A stretch of 32,000 bases of DNA from Haloquadratum walsbyi C23 (GTDB lineage Archaea; Halobacteriota; Halobacteria; Halobacteriales; Haloferacaceae), in the NCBI RefSeq assembly GCF_000237865.1, contig NC_017459.1, forward strand, positions 1,680,001-1,712,000. The letters are read 5' to 3'. This document shows positions 18,147 to 28,400 of the stretch, one piece after another. How positions within the stretch are numbered: position 1 is the first letter of the stretch; each line of letters starts with the position of its first letter. Both the position numbers and the translations under genes were made by a program. Under the pieces are notes generated by a model that ran no database searches, was not told where the DNA came from, and saw nothing but the letters and a program-made list of their open reading frames with translations.

Positions 18147-19280
18147 ATGCCCGCACGACGTCACTTCCTCGCAAGCGTTGGCACTACTACTGTTGCAGCA
18201 CTTACTGCTGGTTGTTCTGGTCGTATCAATGGGAGTGAGTCAGATATCACCGAGCAAGCATCGCAGCATTCAACTACAGTGTCACCAACAGAGACAGGCG
18301 CGTCCATTCCGACGCGTGAAAACACGCTTCCACTTCCGCTATCACCATCAGCACTTCGTGAAGCAGCGCAGTCAGGAGGACCAGAGAAAGATGGAATTCC
18401 TTCAATCGATAATCCGACGTTCGTTTCGAGCGATAAAACTGAGATACTTGACCCAGGCGACCCAATCTTGGGAGTCGTTCATAATGGAATCACAAAAGCG
18501 TACCCACAGGCAATTCTCGTCCTCCATGAGATTGTTAATGATACATTTGGTGATGAGAACATCACAGTAACGTATTGCCCGCTGACCGGAACTGCTCAAG
18601 GATTCGACCGTGGTGAGACTACCTTCGGCGTCTCAGGACGACTGATTAATAATAATCTCGTGATGTATGACCGTGCGACCGAAACATGGTGGCCACAAAT
18701 GCTTGCAACAGCAATTCCAGGACCATGGAATGAGTCGCCGACGATTCACTCGCTGACTCCGATTCGAGTGACATGGACAACATGGAAGCAGTGGAAGCAG
18801 CGACATCCTGATACACGCGTGCTTTCGACGCAGACTGGATATGCGAAGAATTACGGTCGCGACCCATACGGATCGTACAATCCGCTTCGTGGGTACTACG
18901 CAGATGAGCGGTTATTATTCCCAGCACTCCATCAAGATGATCGGTATCCAAAGAAAACAATTGTTCACGGAGCACGGACACCGGAGGGAGCTGCTGCATT
19001 TCATAAAGAGAGCCTTCGTCAAGCGGGGGTCCTCTCAGGAACGATTGATGAACTATCTGTTATTGCTGTTTATGATCCAGAACTTGACACTGGATACGTA
19101 TATGAGAATCCAGAGGAAATGACATTTACACGTGATCAAGAACAGGGTCAGGTCATTGCTCCAGATGGATCCAGACATGATCCATCATCACTGCCGCTTA
19201 CACGCGTGTACAGTTTCGATGCGATGTGGTTTGCATGGGCAGGGTACTATCCAGAAACTGCGGTGTATGCGAATGACTGA
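18147..19280 (+). CDS. DUF3179-type Tat-exported lipoprotein
   Basis: 377 aa. Twin-arginine signal is MPARRHFLASVG, and the lipobox is LTAGCSG. Family-typical DGIPSIDNPTFV and VTYCPLTGTAQGF are present (Cys144 at nt 18576-18578). Confidence 0.75.
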   Translation: MPARRHFLASVGTTTVAALTAGCSGRINGSESDITEQASQHSTTVSPTETGASIPTRENTLPLPLSPSALREAAQSGGPEKDGIPSIDNPTFVSSDKTEILDPGDPILGVVHNGITKAYPQAILVLHEIVNDTFGDENITVTYCPLTGTAQGFDRGETTFGVSGRLINNNLVMYDRATETWWPQMLATAIPGPWNESPTIHSLTPIRVTWTTWKQWKQRHPDTRVLSTQTGYAKNYGRDPYGSYNPLRGYYADERLLFPALHQDDRYPKKTIVHGARTPEGAAAFHKESLRQAGVLSGTIDELSVIAVYDPELDTGYVYENPEEMTFTRDQEQGQVIAPDGSRHDPSSLPLTRVYSFDAMWFAWAGYYPETAVYAND

Positions 19281-19920
19281 ACGCTCACAGGAACAATCAA
19301 CAGATGCAATAGACACGACAGATACTGATAGACGATGGCGAAAGAGTATGTCAGTCATCAATTCGCTGCTACAATGGGCTTCGGTTACGGTACATGCCAT
19401 TCGTCATCGGCGTCGATTAGGGTTGCTTGTTAGCATTGTTGGAAGTATCTATTTTGGCTTATATCTATGGGGTATTGGGCATCTTGCGCCTGGACTTGGC
19501 GGGTGGGGACTTACAGTCGTCTCGAATCCATTAGCGACGTTTACTACACCTGCGCTTGGACCATTCTCATATCGCCCGATCGCTCGGTTGCAGATTGGAG
19601 CTTTCACGTATTTATTCTCATTTAATTCGGTTATTGGGCTTGCACTTGCGATACTTGTTGGAATGAATGTCGCGGGATCGGTGTTACTCTGGCGTCAGCC
19701 GACTACCTGTGGATTACGCGGTGCGTCGGGTGGGATCCTTGCTGGAGTCCCCGGACTCATTTCAGGAACGGCATGCTGTGGACCGATTATTCTCCTTGTG
19801 GTTGGAATTCAGGCATCTGGCGTCATCATTACAGCATTTGAACTTCTTGTTCCAGCCGCGATTGGAATACTCACCATATCTTTAGTTGTCATTGGACGAC
19901 AAATTGAGCAAATTCCGTGA
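19267..19920 (+). CDS. 4-TM membrane protein with Cys-x21-Cys-Cys motif, translationally coupled to the DUF3179 gene
   Basis: The start is the ATG at 19267 or 19273, overlapping the upstream stop TGA (19278-19280) by 14 or 8 nt. The longer track ORF from 19132 lies inside the upstream gene. Helices: LGLLVSIVGSIYFGLYLWGIG, VIGLALAILVGMNVAGSVLLW, GILAGVPGLISGTACCGPIILLVVG and LLVPAAIGILTISLVVIG. Confidence 0.65.
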   Translation: MRMTERSQEQSTDAIDTTDTDRRWRKSMSVINSLLQWASVTVHAIRHRRRLGLLVSIVGSIYFGLYLWGIGHLAPGLGGWGLTVVSNPLATFTTPALGPFSYRPIARLQIGAFTYLFSFNSVIGLALAILVGMNVAGSVLLWRQPTTCGLRGASGGILAGVPGLISGTACCGPIILLVVGIQASGVIITAFELLVPAAIGILTISLVVIGRQIEQIP

Positions 19921-20071
19921 ACGGTCAAATCCACGTAGATCTCACGATATGAGTGCAGTCAGCACAATAACACAATTGAGGTTGATCTTACACTCCAGAA
20001 AATTCGAGATATTTATATTGAACTTAATTGGCAAGTGAAGTAATGTGAGAAAGCGACTGGTTTGGACTTTT

Positions 20072-20245
20072 TTACCGAACGCCGAGAACAGAACCGCAGT
20101 CCGGGCATCGCCACACTGCATGTTTATTCGTTCCAATCTGAATTCGCGGTCGGTTATCATCAGTTGTTTCTATCTTATCAACCTCGTCCTCGCTGACCTC
20201 ATCAGCGTGCTCAAAGGATGTCTCACAGTTTTTACATCGAACCAT
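20072..20245 (-). CDS. Small CPxCG-related zinc-finger protein (57 aa), below the ORF-track size cut-off
   Basis: Manual translation gives MVRCKNCETSFEHADEVSEDEVDKIETTDDNRPRIQIGTNKHAVWRCPDCGSVLGVR*. It has CxxC ... CPxCG and a strongly acidic centre typical of haloarchaeal micro-proteins. The listed ORFs 20045..20254 (+) and 19942..20160 (-) are non-acidic alternatives. Confidence 0.6.
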   Translation of the reverse strand: MVRCKNCETSFEHADEVSEDEVDKIETTDDNRPRIQIGTNKHAVWRCPDCGSVLGVR

Positions 20246-20397
20246 ATTATTTAAGATAATTGCAATGATATGAATCTATCTCGGCTGTGTATTTCAATTG
20301 CACATGGTAAATCATAATCTTTAGATATTCACATGTTCTGAATTGATATTGGAACTAGCGGTTAGGAAAACAAGGCAGGTTCCATAGGGAATTATCA

Positions 20398-21702
20398 ATG
20401 ACAAAAGACAGAACACAACTTTCGCGTCGAGATATTTTAGCGGCGACGGGATCAGCGACCATCACTGGGTTAGCAGGATGTAGTGGTGGCGGCGGTGGCG
20501 GTGGCTCTCAGAGTACATCTGGCGAAGATGAGAGTGGCACAAACGCAATTGAACTTCTTCATGCATGGTCGTCCGGTGACGGGAATGCGGCTATTGCTTC
20601 ACTTATCGAGGGCTTTCAAGACGCACATCCAGACGTCTCATTCGCTGAAGAGCCTGTCAACGGTGCTGCCCGTGGGAATCTTGATCAGGTTGTCTCAAAT
20701 CGGCTCCAAGCAAATGACCCTCCAAGTACGTTCCAGACATGGCCAGGAGAGACATTGACAAAATTCGGCGAGGCATATGCGAGTATTGAGGAAGATGTTT
20801 GGACAGATGATCTAAGAGAGAATTACTTAGCTGGTCCCAAGGAGCAAGCAAAACTTGATGGCACGTATGTAACAGTCCCACTGAATATCCATCGGATTAA
20901 TAATCTATTTTACAACACGGCGGTGCTTGATGAGGCAGGTGTTGACCCAAACACACTATCATCACCAGCAGATGTCGTTGACGCTTGTGCAACTGTCGCA
21001 GAAAATACTGACGCTGTTCCGTTCGCACAGCAGACAAGTAGTGGATGGTCAACAATCCAGCTATGGGAGACAACGCTTCTTGCACAAGCTGGAATCGATG
21101 GCTACACTGCATACACCGAAGGAAATGGCGATGTATCACAGGTGCAGCGTGCACTTGAAAGCGTCAATAATTTGCGTGAATATTACCCGAGTGATAGTTC
21201 CTCGATTAGCTTCACGGAAGCTAATACGATGGTGATAGAGGGTGATGCAGCGTTTATTCATCAGGGTGACTGGGCAGCTGGTGCGTATACTGGGACTGAC
21301 GGATTCAATTATGGCGAAGATTGGGGTCAGGTTACCTATCCTGGCACTGAGGGGAGCTATCTTCTCAATATGGACTCATTCCCATACTTCGCAAACAATC
21401 CATCCCCAGAGGCAACAAAGACATTCTTACGATACTGTGGAAGTGCTGAAGCACAGGTTCGGTTTAATAAGGCAAAAGGGTCAATTCCACCTCGGAAAGA
21501 TGCTGATGTCTCAGCACTCAATTCATTCCAGCAGGATCAGTATGATGACTTCACCACTGCAGATAATCAGCCACCGTCAATTCAGCATGGACTTGCTGTT
21601 TCACCAGGTGTCGCAACTAATATTGGAAGCGCATTTAGCGGCTTTCTTGAAAGCTATGAATCCGATCAGTCGGCAGAAAAGCTCGTTACCGCCTTCGAGT
21701 AA
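20398..21702 (+). CDS. ABC transporter substrate-binding lipoprotein (carbohydrate-type, family 1)
   Basis: 434 aa. Tat motif is SRRDILAATG, the lipobox is LAGCSG, and a poly-Gly linker follows. The body resembles a MalE/UgpB-like sugar-binding protein. Confidence 0.85.
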   Translation: MTKDRTQLSRRDILAATGSATITGLAGCSGGGGGGGSQSTSGEDESGTNAIELLHAWSSGDGNAAIASLIEGFQDAHPDVSFAEEPVNGAARGNLDQVVSNRLQANDPPSTFQTWPGETLTKFGEAYASIEEDVWTDDLRENYLAGPKEQAKLDGTYVTVPLNIHRINNLFYNTAVLDEAGVDPNTLSSPADVVDACATVAENTDAVPFAQQTSSGWSTIQLWETTLLAQAGIDGYTAYTEGNGDVSQVQRALESVNNLREYYPSDSSSISFTEANTMVIEGDAAFIHQGDWAAGAYTGTDGFNYGEDWGQVTYPGTEGSYLLNMDSFPYFANNPSPEATKTFLRYCGSAEAQVRFNKAKGSIPPRKDADVSALNSFQQDQYDDFTTADNQPPSIQHGLAVSPGVATNIGSAFSGFLESYESDQSAEKLVTAFE

Positions 21703-22009
21703 TCATGCACAGGCATACTGAATTAATAACAATAACAATAACAAAATAGATTTGATTGACACAATCCTGAGATGAATAGATCATGTACTGACAATAAATC
21801 ATGATACCGGTGATGCCCCGTCGGATAGGTATCTTATATATCGCCGAAATACGGGCAAGGATATCGATAATATATTAATATGTCGATAATAATCGGAGAA
21901 ATACACAATACGATACAATGCAATTAGAAATCACAGAATATCTATCATAGGCTATGAATGGATAGTCAATCATAGTGAACGTTTAGTATGATATAGAACT
22001 CTCATAGAG

Positions 22010-23080
22010 ATGTATCGATTCATCGAAGAGTGTAAATCCCGGCTTGGATTCGATAATGTTGGTGAAGAGCGACGTGGACGTGAGCAACAACGGGAGCCAG
22101 GACAGCGGTCACAATCCGGGCAGCGTGGCTCCGGTGTTACTCACTTTCAGCGACTACTCACCCGTCTTCAGTCATTTCTTCGACGTGATGCTGTTCGCTC
22201 AGCCCCATTTTGGATTATCCCGTTCGCCTTGGTTGGACTGTTTGTCTATGGTGCAATTATCTGGAATATACTGTTATCACTGACAGATTTTGCTGGGCTT
22301 GGTGAGCCGGACTACAGTGCATTAGATTTGGAGAATTATATTATTGCATTCACTGGTGGAACGCCATCGTGGTCCTCACTCAGTATTGAGCCTATCTGGA
22401 ATGCAACACAGAATACAATAGCGCTCATGATTGGATTTGCTGTTGTTTGTCTCATTCTTGGACTGGTGCTTGCAATCTTAGTCGACCAGAAAATCCGGTT
22501 TGAAAATACCATTCGAACAATATATTTACTTCCAATGAGCCTCTCATTCGTTGTTACAGCAAAATTTTGGCTGTATATGTATAATCCGCAGACAGGGCTC
22601 ATCAATATTACATTACAGGCATTTGGGATTGGTCCCATCAGAATCGTTCAGAACCCACAATTGAAACTTGCTGCAGTTGCATTTGCACTTGTTTGGCAGT
22701 TCAGCGGATATGCAATGATAGTGTATCTCGCTGCGCTCCGAGGCATTCCATCAAGCCACTTTGAGGCTGCCCGTGTTGATGGCGCAAGCACATTCCAGAT
22801 GTATCGACGGGTTATCATCCCACAATTACGAACAGCAACAGTTAGTGCGCTTGTCGTCATCACCGTATTCGCGTTGAAAGCATTTGATTTCTTATTCTCA
22901 ATGTATTCAGGATATCAGCCAGGACCATCCGCGGACATTTTGGCGACACGAATGGTGAGAGAAGCATATGCAAATCAAAATTGGGCGTATGGATCGACAA
23001 TCGCTGTTGTGCTATTCATCATGGCGTTGTTTATTGTCGGACCATATCTGTACTCGCAATACCGTAGAGGGGACCTCTAA
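22010..23080 (+). CDS. ABC sugar permease (MalF/UgpA-like) with about 60-aa Arg/Gln/Gly-rich N-terminal extension
   Basis: 356 aa with 6 TM helices. The EAA loop is EAARVDGASTFQMYRRVIIPQL. There is no alternative in-frame start before TM1, so the extension appears real. Confidence 0.85.
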   Translation: MYRFIEECKSRLGFDNVGEERRGREQQREPGQRSQSGQRGSGVTHFQRLLTRLQSFLRRDAVRSAPFWIIPFALVGLFVYGAIIWNILLSLTDFAGLGEPDYSALDLENYIIAFTGGTPSWSSLSIEPIWNATQNTIALMIGFAVVCLILGLVLAILVDQKIRFENTIRTIYLLPMSLSFVVTAKFWLYMYNPQTGLINITLQAFGIGPIRIVQNPQLKLAAVAFALVWQFSGYAMIVYLAALRGIPSSHFEAARVDGASTFQMYRRVIIPQLRTATVSALVVITVFALKAFDFLFSMYSGYQPGPSADILATRMVREAYANQNWAYGSTIAVVLFIMALFIVGPYLYSQYRRGDL

Positions 23081-23082
23081 AA

Positions 23083-24009
23083 ATGAGTGTGCAACGTATT
23101 CTTGAAACAAATCGTCAATCATTGATAGCGAAATTCAAGCGAATCGGTCTGTATATCATCTTGATGATGATGGTGGGATTCTATCTTATTCCAATTGAGA
23201 CCGGTATAATGACATCTCTTACCACACCAGCATCATATACAGGAAATGCTCCTTTCCTTCCACCGCTAGAACCAGTGATACCCGGAACAGGGTCATTTTC
23301 AGTTCAACCGTGGATAAATGCAATCGCTGGATTAAGTGGGGGATTAATCAATAGTTTTGTCCTTGTGATCCCGGCAACAGTTCTTTCTGGATTACTTGGA
23401 AGTATGGCTGCATACGGATTGACGACAGTTGACTGGCGTGGACAGATTATGATTTACGTGCTCTTCGTTGCGGGGATTTTCATTCCATATCAAGCAGTGC
23501 TGGTGCCATTGACGCAGTTTTGGTATAACGTAGTCCCATTACAGAGTATTTTTGTGACAGTCGCAGCGTCAGTCCCACTTGTAGCAGAATATCACTGGAA
23601 GCTACTTGCATTGATCATTACACATACTGCGTATGGAATTCCGATTTGCACACTATTGTTCCGAGCACATTATAAAAAGCTCTCCTCAGAGATGATTGAA
23701 GCCGCACGTCTTGATGGAGCATCAATAGCGACTATCTATCGACGAATCATCCTGCCACTTTCAATTCCAATGTTTGCTGTTGTATTTATATATCAATTTA
23801 CACAAATCTGGAATGATCTTCTCTTCGCATTAACTATCATTCAATTCGGTGACGCATCCGTCGTGACACAGGAACTTGTTGGGATTGGTGTCTCACAATC
23901 GGGGACAAACTTTCCACTTCGAATGGCTGCAGCACTCGTTGCTGCCCTCCCAACGCTCATAATATACATCTTCTTTGGCGATCGGTTTGCAAAGGGAGTG
24001 ACAACATGA
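23083..24009 (+). CDS. ABC sugar permease (MalG/UgpE-like)
   Basis: 308 aa. It starts 2 nt after the upstream stop. The EAA loop is EAARLDGASIATIYRRIILPLS. Confidence 0.9.
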   Translation: MSVQRILETNRQSLIAKFKRIGLYIILMMMVGFYLIPIETGIMTSLTTPASYTGNAPFLPPLEPVIPGTGSFSVQPWINAIAGLSGGLINSFVLVIPATVLSGLLGSMAAYGLTTVDWRGQIMIYVLFVAGIFIPYQAVLVPLTQFWYNVVPLQSIFVTVAASVPLVAEYHWKLLALIITHTAYGIPICTLLFRAHYKKLSSEMIEAARLDGASIATIYRRIILPLSIPMFAVVFIYQFTQIWNDLLFALTIIQFGDASVVTQELVGIGVSQSGTNFPLRMAAALVAALPTLIIYIFFGDRFAKGVTT

Positions 24010-24139
24010 TTTCTGCTGAGATGAAGTATGATAAAGCAATATCTAAACCTAATATCAGTAGTGTTGATATCACAGTCACCAAATATCAGAATCAATACAA
24101 AAGCGCGCGAATAAAGTAAATACTACACTTAATCGAATA

Positions 24140-25312
24140 ATGGCGACACTCACACTCACAGATATTACAAAGGTATTCAATAGCGGAGAGAATGATGAGG
24201 TCATCGCTGTCGATGAAGTCTCGATGACTATCGATGATGGCGAGTTTCTCGTGCTCGTTGGACCATCTGGATGTGGAAAGTCAACAACACTCCGAATGAT
24301 TGCTGGGCTTGAAACGGTGACAAGTGGTGATATCACACTTGATGACCGCCGGATCAACGATGTCTCGCCTGCGAATCGTGATATTGCGATGGTATTTCAG
24401 TCATATGCATTGTATCCACACATGACTGTTCGTGAGAACATGCGATTTGGACTTGAGGAGTCAACAACTCTCGAAGATAATATTATTGCTGATACGGTCA
24501 CAGAGACAGCATCACTGATGGATATTAGTGAACTGCTTGATCGGACCCCAACGGAACTCTCAGGCGGACAACAACAACGTGTTGCTCTTGGTCGTGCGAT
24601 TGTCCGTGATCCGGCTGTATTTTTGATGGACGAACCACTCTCGAATCTTGATGCAAAACTTCGTGCGACCATGCGAACAGAGCTACAACGAATTCAGGCT
24701 GATCTTGATGTCACAACAGTATATGTGACACATGATCAAACAGAGGCGATGACAATGGGTGATCGGATTGCTGTACTTGATGATGGGATTCTGCAACAAG
24801 TTGGGACACCGCTTGAGTGTTATCACACGCCACAAAATCGGTTTGTTGCCGGGTTTATTGGAGAACCATCGATGAATTTCTTCGATGGGACAATCAAAGA
24901 GCAGACGCTTGTTGCCCAACAGTTCTCATATCCGCTTTCACAGGAGGTCAAATCAACCATCGGGAGCACACGTGAGATTACACTCGGCGTTCGTCCGGAA
25001 GATATACAGATGCATCGAGAGGCTGATAATGTGATTCAAGCAGATAATCACTGTTTCGAGTGTGTAGTTGATGTTGTTGAACCGGTCGGTGAATCAAATC
25101 ACATCTATCTTCAGTTTGCTTCCGACGACAGCCCTCATCCAGAAACATTCATTGCTACAATTAGCGGCATGCAAACTATCAGTAGTGGTGAGCATGTGAT
25201 TATTGAAATCCCCTCAGAAGCGATTCATCTATTCGATACACATAACGGTACTGCACTCATGAACCGGTCGCTGACTGATAGTGACTCCATCGAGACGCCA
25301 CGGTTGCGTTGA
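24140..25312 (+). CDS. ABC transporter ATP-binding protein (MalK/UgpC-like)
   Basis: 390 aa. Walker A is GPSGCGKST, the signature is LSGGQQQR, Walker B is VFLMDEPLSNLD, and the H-loop is YVTHDQ. There is a C-terminal MalK-like regulatory domain. Confidence 0.95.
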   Translation: MATLTLTDITKVFNSGENDEVIAVDEVSMTIDDGEFLVLVGPSGCGKSTTLRMIAGLETVTSGDITLDDRRINDVSPANRDIAMVFQSYALYPHMTVRENMRFGLEESTTLEDNIIADTVTETASLMDISELLDRTPTELSGGQQQRVALGRAIVRDPAVFLMDEPLSNLDAKLRATMRTELQRIQADLDVTTVYVTHDQTEAMTMGDRIAVLDDGILQQVGTPLECYHTPQNRFVAGFIGEPSMNFFDGTIKEQTLVAQQFSYPLSQEVKSTIGSTREITLGVRPEDIQMHREADNVIQADNHCFECVVDVVEPVGESNHIYLQFASDDSPHPETFIATISGMQTISSGEHVIIEIPSEAIHLFDTHNGTALMNRSLTDSDSIETPRLR

Positions 25313-25443
25313 GTATTTTTGAGCCATCACTCAATGAGAATTAGTTTCTGTAGATATGTCGAACCGGAGAGTACTACCTCTCGATATGATAGCAATCAAA
25401 ACGTCTGAGTAAACACTGTTATGAGAATTGCGCTGAATATGTA

Positions 25444-28400
25444 TTAAGTGAGCGTAATTGCGTCTGCGCGTTCTCGCCGACTTTGAGTTGGAATACGGAT
25501 TGTGATGATTGTGCCATCGGTTGTTCTTTCAACCGCAATCGACCCCCCAGTCTGCATGATAACAACGTTGACAAGCCATAAGCTGAGCCCTTTACCATGT
25601 TTGAGTTGTGTCTCCTCACCAGTTTCGAGTACTGCTGCTTTAACTTTTGAGAGTAATCTATCGGCTGTAAATCTAATTGTAATCCAATCAGTGGTTGATG
25701 TCAGTAACTCAATATTAATATCAACTGCTGTATCTGAATCAGTATCACCTACTTCATGTGTAAAATGCTGAAGTAGTTCATCAACTGCAGCTGACACCGC
25801 ATCTGGCATATTAGCAGTAACTGTCTCAGCAGTCTCAATATATACAGAACCGCCTGTTTTTGATGAATTGAACCGCTCAATTACCTCGTTCAATCCAGTT
25901 TTAGCGTCAACAAACTCTACGCCAGTACCTTGCTTCTGGATTAAATTCTGGATTTGTTGTGTCTTCTCCGTAATTGCCTCCCAGTTATCCATGACCTGAT
26001 AAATTTTCATAGCATGGTCCTTTCGATTCTCATGGTCATCAGCTTCGAGTATAAGATCGAGAAAGCCTCGGATCTTTGTGATATCGTTGCGGACATTATG
26101 TCGAATTATCCGTTGGAGCACCTGTAGGTGTCGTCGTTCCCGCTCTTGCGTGGTAATATCGCGAGCCTCAACGACGAGTAGTGTAATGTTTCCATCAGAA
26201 TCAGTTATCGGTCGAATTGATAGATCAAGCAACCGAAGTCCATCTGCTGACATCGCCTCGATTGTCTGTTGAACACTCTCACCACCGGCTGCTCGCTCAA
26301 CACTTTGTTGGACTGTCTCAAGGACATCATCTGAGTGTGTCCACAATGAGAGCTCTGAGAATTGGATACTTTGAGAGTCATCTACAATTTCAGTTTCTGC
26401 TGAGGAAAGTGCATTATTAACTCGAAGCACTGTCCCATCTGTGTTGAGCAAGCCAGAGAGTTGATATTGCTGGTTGAATATTGCCTCGAACCGTCGTGCA
26501 CGTTTTTTTGCTTGGCTAATGTCGCGGATATATACTAACACTCCACCAACGCTCTCATCATCAATGTGATTCCGCGCTCGCGCGTTGACACTCACCCATG
26601 TGTCATCAGCGGTACGAAAGCGGAATTCACACTCAAATGTCTGCGTTAGGTTTTCAATGATGCTGACGAAATCACTCATTACTGCTTCTTGATCACTGAC
26701 ATGAATATAATCGAAGACGTTTGTCCCAGAGAGAGCCTCAGCCTCGTGCCCAAGAACACGCTGTGAAGCAGTGCTCACATATGAGAATGTTCCATCTTCA
26801 TCAACGACTGTGACGACGTCAACTGATTCCTCGACGAATCGTTCTGTCCGCTGTTGTTGACGTCGTTTCGGGGTGAGATTATGAACGATCAATCCGTATC
26901 CGAGGAACGATCCATCATCAGTCTCAAGTGGTGTACATCGAACATCCGCATAAAACATTGACCCATCTTTGCACATGCGCCGTCCCTCATGGGCGCTTTC
27001 ACCCTGCATCGACGCCTGTGTTAGTAGTCGTTGGATAATGTTTTCTTGTTGATCTGAACCAGGGTGGAGCACAGTGGCTGACATACCAACTGCAGTTTCA
27101 GGATCATATCCAAAGAGATTTTCAGCACCATCATTCCAGGAAGTAATTATTCCATCGCTATCAAGCACAAGAAAGGCGTATTCATCGATATTCTCAGTCA
27201 ACAGTTCAAACTGCTGCCGCTTACGCTGAAGTTGTTGTTTTTGTTTCTTCTTCTCTGTCTCATCACGAACTGTGCAGACTATGGATCCATGCTCGACAGC
27301 AGTTAATGAAATTTCTGCAGGAAAAGTATCTCCATTTGACCGAGTTCCGGTCACCCCTCCTCGCCAATAACCCGTTGATTCGAGTGCTCTGAACGCTTCT
27401 GATTGTAATCGTTCAATCTCTTCTTCACCGTATAACCGATGCCACGATTCACCAAGAAGATCGGCTTTGCTCTCAAAGCCGTACATCTCGACGTGTGTCT
27501 CATCAACATAACTGTACCCATCATCCTCGAGAATTGCGACCCCGTCGTTAGCCTGTTCAATTGCCTGCTGGAATGATTCTAACTCTTCTTGTCTCCGCTT
27601 TCGTTGAGTCACATCGTATGCGGTAATGAGAAGCGATTGAATGGTTCCGCCCTCATTTGTCACTGGTCGGATAGTACCGCTGAGATATCGAGTATTGCCG
27701 GTCTCATCAGGGATTTCGGACTCATAGCTGATGTACTCGCCATCTGCTGCGCGGTCTACCCAATTCTGAATCGACGTCGCAAGTTCCTCATCATGGTTGT
27801 AAAATTCTGTCTTCCACACCTCCATTCCACAGATTGTTGCATAATCGGCTGAAACATACTCCATCGCTCGTTGATTAATATCAATGACCGTCCCATCAGT
27901 CTCCATGAGTCCAACCAGTAATTCTGGGTCTTCGAAAACTGATCTAAACCGTCGTTCATTCTGACGGAGTTCTTGGACTCGCGCCTGTTTTTCACTTACA
28001 TCACGGGCTATACAAACAATCCGTGAATCATCAATCAGTGTGAGCGAGAGTTCAGTTGGATATCGTTTTTCACCATTCGAGGCGGCTACATTCCCGCGCC
28101 AATGTCCTTTATTACGTACTGTGGGTAAGATTTCTGACTCAATCCGCTCAATCTCAGTTGGGTCATCATATAATACCCGCCAATTCTCACCGAGTAGTTG
28201 CTCTTTTGAATCAAACCCATAGAGTTCAAGATGAGTCTCATCAACATATGCGTATTCGCCATTTTCAAACACGGCAACTCCATCGTTTGCTTCATCGATT
28301 GCTGACTCAAGCGACGCCAGTCGCTCACGGCGAGTGTATTCATCAGTAATATCACGCACCGTCGTGTGAACGTACACTGATCCGTTTACCTCAATACGGC

